Origin: Candidatus Curtissbacteria bacterium
Lineage (GTDB): Bacteria; Patescibacteriota; Microgenomatia; Curtissbacterales; GWA2-41-24
DNA: 53,831 nt
Direction: 5' to 3'
Assembly (NCBI GenBank): GCA_016183325.1
Contig: JACPEV010000019.1
Coordinates: 1 to 53,831 of the forward strand
In this document: positions 52,177 through 53,831 of the stretch, piece by piece
Layout: the number at the start of each line of letters is the position of its first letter
Position numbering within the stretch: the first letter of the stretch is position 1
Notes under the pieces: generated by a model
What the model was told of the DNA's origin: nothing
Seen by the model: the letters and a program-made list of their open reading frames with translations, nothing else
Databases searched by the model: none
Program-made: the position numbers and the translations under genes

Positions 52177-52428
52177 GTGAAATACAAAACCATTCTCGAG
52201 AAAACTGTTGAGCTTACACAAGAAAGAAAAAGGCACATTTTTGAGCGACATCCGGATGAAATCAGAATCGATAAACTGGATAAAAATGTGTTGCTCTTTT
52301 ACAGGTACTTTAGTAAAATTGGCAATGGTAAGTATCTTGTTGTGGCGATTAAGATGAATGAAAGAAATTTCATTTTGACGTTTTTCTCAACTTACAGAAT
52401 TAAAACAGGAGAAAAATATGAGTTCTAA
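52177..52428 (+). CDS. small toxin-like protein (ExxRxxHIxxRHP motif), partner of the DUF2283 gene
   Basis: LTQERKRHIFERHPDE. GTG start. 11-nt overlap with the downstream gene. Confidence 0.45.
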   Translation: MKYKTILEKTVELTQERKRHIFERHPDEIRIDKLDKNVLLFYRYFSKIGNGKYLVVAIKMNERNFILTFFSTYRIKTGEKYEF

Positions 52429-52660
52429 GAATCAACTAAATTATCTTTATGACCAGGAAGCTGATGTTCTTTATATTTCAAAAGGCAAACCTTCGGCAAA
52501 AGACGTATCTGACGAAATCGACGATGGAGTTGTGGCACGTTTAGATCCTAAAACAAAAGAGATTAGAGGCTTAACTATCATAAGTTTTGCGGCGAGAACT
52601 AAGTCGAAAACCACGGCAGTAAAACTTCCGTTTGAAATTAGCTTTCATCCTACAAATTAG
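52418..52660 (+). CDS. DUF2283-family protein (antitoxin-like)
   Basis: LYDQEADVLYISKGKP...VVARLDPKTKEIRGLTIISF follows the YDxEADxLYI pattern. Confidence 0.8.
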   Translation: MSSKNQLNYLYDQEADVLYISKGKPSAKDVSDEIDDGVVARLDPKTKEIRGLTIISFAARTKSKTTAVKLPFEISFHPTN

Positions 52661-52755
52661 CGGGCGATTTTGCCAGAAGGGGATTTAGAGATATTTGGCG
52701 GCAACAAATGCAGCGAAGTGGGAGGATTTGAGAAGGAGGAGAGAGCTAGAAATTC
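52661..52755. repeat. junction core repeat copy 3 plus contiguous second junction block
   Basis: CGGGCGATTTTGCCAGAAGGGGATTTAG (52661-52688), then AGATATTTGGCGGCAACAAATGCAGCGAAGTGGGAGGATTTGAGAAGGAGGAGAGAGCTAGAAATTC (52689-52755). Confidence 0.85.
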
Positions 52756-52849
52756 GAAAATTGTAGTTCGATTTCACTCACTACTATAGTCAGTTCGACA
52801 TGCTCACTGCTATAGCCCATCATTTGAGCCCTGAATAGCCAAACAGCGT

Positions 52850-53110
52850 TTATGTCTCTAGCCCTTTATGCAAAATTTGACGCATGAGGGTTTGGTAGGG
52901 GATGTGCAACTTTTCTGCTTTTTGTTTTGCTTTCTGTATAAGAGATTCCTCTACTCGCAATGAGATTAAGCGCTTTGTTGGTTTTAAATTGGGAAAGCTG
53001 ACCTTCTTAAAGTCAGATGGTTCAAGATACTTTGAAAAGTCGGTTTTATCTACCCACTTTCTTACTTCATCTTCATTTTTGAAATTAGGCCACTTTAAGG
53101 GTTTTTTCAT
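52850..53110 (-). CDS. brnA: BrnA-family antitoxin
   Basis: ...LISLRVEESLIQKAKQKAEKLHIPYQTLMRQILHKGL is a CopG/RHH-like C-terminus typical of BrnA. Confidence 0.8.
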   Translation of the reverse strand: MKKPLKWPNFKNEDEVRKWVDKTDFSKYLEPSDFKKVSFPNLKPTKRLISLRVEESLIQKAKQKAEKLHIPYQTLMRQILHKGLET

Positions 53111-53408
53111 ATAATCTCGCCTCCTTTCTGTTCATAGGTCTTGCCGAGATAGGTCGTATTTTTTGCTGCTTATCTATTGTGCGTATAGTAAATGCGATAA
53201 TCAGTTTTCTTCCCTCACTTGTTTCGCTATACATAAGGAACCGTCTTTCAAACTGAGAGTGCTTTTTATCTTCGATAAGAATTTTTTTCTTAGTAAAAAA
53301 TGCTTGCTCTTGCTCATTTGTTGACACTTTGTGTTTTACCCAACTTTTTGTACTATTTCCCTTATCCCACTCAAATGTCAAAACATCAGGTAAAATTGTG
53401 TCTTCCAC
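53085..53408 (-). CDS. brnT: BrnT-family ribonuclease toxin (DUF497)
   Basis: FEWDKGNSTKSWVKHKVS...DKKHSQFERRFLMYS...IRPISARPMNRKEARLYE. Confidence 0.85.
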   Translation of the reverse strand: MEDTILPDVLTFEWDKGNSTKSWVKHKVSTNEQEQAFFTKKKILIEDKKHSQFERRFLMYSETSEGRKLIIAFTIRTIDKQQKIRPISARPMNRKEARLYEKTLKVA

Positions 53409-53507
53409 GTATATACGATGTAGTTACATTCTACTGTTTATATTCATCTTTGTCAAGGCTGGCCTGGCTGTTTTTTGGAAGAAAACTAGATTTATGCTAG
53501 CAGAAAC

Positions 53508-53538
53508 GATGCGGCCGATTTTGGAGAAAGGGATTTAG
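53508..53538. repeat. junction core repeat, copy 4
   Basis: GATGCGGCCGATTTTGGAGAAAGGGATTTAG. Confidence 0.85.
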
Positions 53539-53581
53539 AAAGCTGTGATTGATCTTCTGTGCAAAAGTTTGGACTCGATTT

Positions 53582-53734
53582 GGTGACAATTCAAAACGAT
53601 CGTTTCATTTTGTCACCGTATCTTTCTCTATAATTGTTCGCAAGTACCACGGGTTTTTACCCGTGGGTGAATTGAACAATTACGTACTCGCCGAAGGCGT
53701 AGCCTGAGGATACCATGACTGTTAAGTCGTGGTA
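53582..53734. repeat. cluster of hairpins in an ORF-free cassette slot
   Basis: GGTGACAA...TTGTCACC (53582-53616). Nested AATTGTTC..CCACGGGTTTTTACCCGTGG..GAACAATT (53632-53681). TACCATGACTGTTAAGTCGTGGTA (53711-53734). Confidence 0.7.
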
Positions 53735-53774
53735 GTTCATATTTCTTCTATAACTTTCACCTGTTTATAAAAAG

Positions 53775-53831
53775 AAAACCACGGCAGTAAAACTTCCTTT
53801 TGAAATTAGCTTTCACCCTGCAAATTAGCGG
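53775..53831. repeat. orphan DUF2283 3' end (KTTAVKLPFEISFHPAN*) with the start of a fifth junction core at the window edge
   Basis: 57 nt with 3 mismatches relative to 52607-52663. The window ends at ...TAGCGG. Confidence 0.85.

Noticed and set aside
51991-52251. Track ORF 51991-52251(-)
   Set aside because: It overlaps the junction block and the start of the plus-strand toxin-like gene. It has no recognisable features and an AT-rich composition artefact is likely.
1-53831. Search for rRNA, tRNA, tmRNA, RNase P or SRP RNA genes
   Set aside because: Scanning by eye, I found no T-loop-like GGTTCRANYC with matching acceptor stems, no rRNA-like conserved blocks and no GAGGAAAGTCC-type RNase P motif. 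Small RNAs could still be missed without a covariance-model scan.

Overview
This is a low-GC window (about 35-40 % by eye, not computed). Its gene style looks like a Patescibacteria/CPR-type genome; that assignment is inference only. I found no rRNA, tRNA or CRISPR array.

Core content: a very large cell-envelope glycan or glycoprotein locus.
- A 5'-truncated processive GT2 synthase runs in one ORF into a roughly 1000-aa Cys-repeat ectodomain with a VPE-TM-RRR tail.
- A PA14-domain protein and an exosortase/archaeosortase-family protein follow.
- There is a Wzx-like flippase.
- There are 3 GT2, 4 GT4 and 1 GT17-like glycosyltransferases.
- At least 8 GT-C-type polytopic membrane proteins are present. 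They include three 880-960-aa YfhO-like paralogs plus a fourth shorter relative.
- Tailoring and precursor genes: a sugar-1-P nucleotidyltransferase, RmlC, a carbamoyltransferase and several SAM methyltransferases.

Accessory content:
- (i) A 3.4-kb islet (DUF4143 AAA ATPase, a GC-rich structured segment, AbiEi/AbiEii) is bounded by a perfect 142-bp direct repeat. The repeat re-creates the 3' end of the exosortase gene, and four more displaced copies of that gene end lie nearby.
- (ii) A 3-kb array of toxin-antitoxin cassettes lies downstream of rfbC. Its junctions carry one conserved repeat, often preceded by orphan 3' ends of a DUF2283 gene.
- (iii) Other accessory items: a DUF433/DUF5615 pair, an IS30 remnant with an orphan toxin/immunity-like pair, and several MITE-like palindromic elements. 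Two have clear TIR+TSD; one of these splits a CmcI-like pseudogene and its excision restores the frame.
- (iv) Several different short GC-rich or AT-rich repeat elements sit in frame inside coding sequences.
- (v) Phased 7-bp TTGACAA/CAATTGA arrays occur at operon boundaries.

All functional calls rest on motif recognition by eye. No database search was run.
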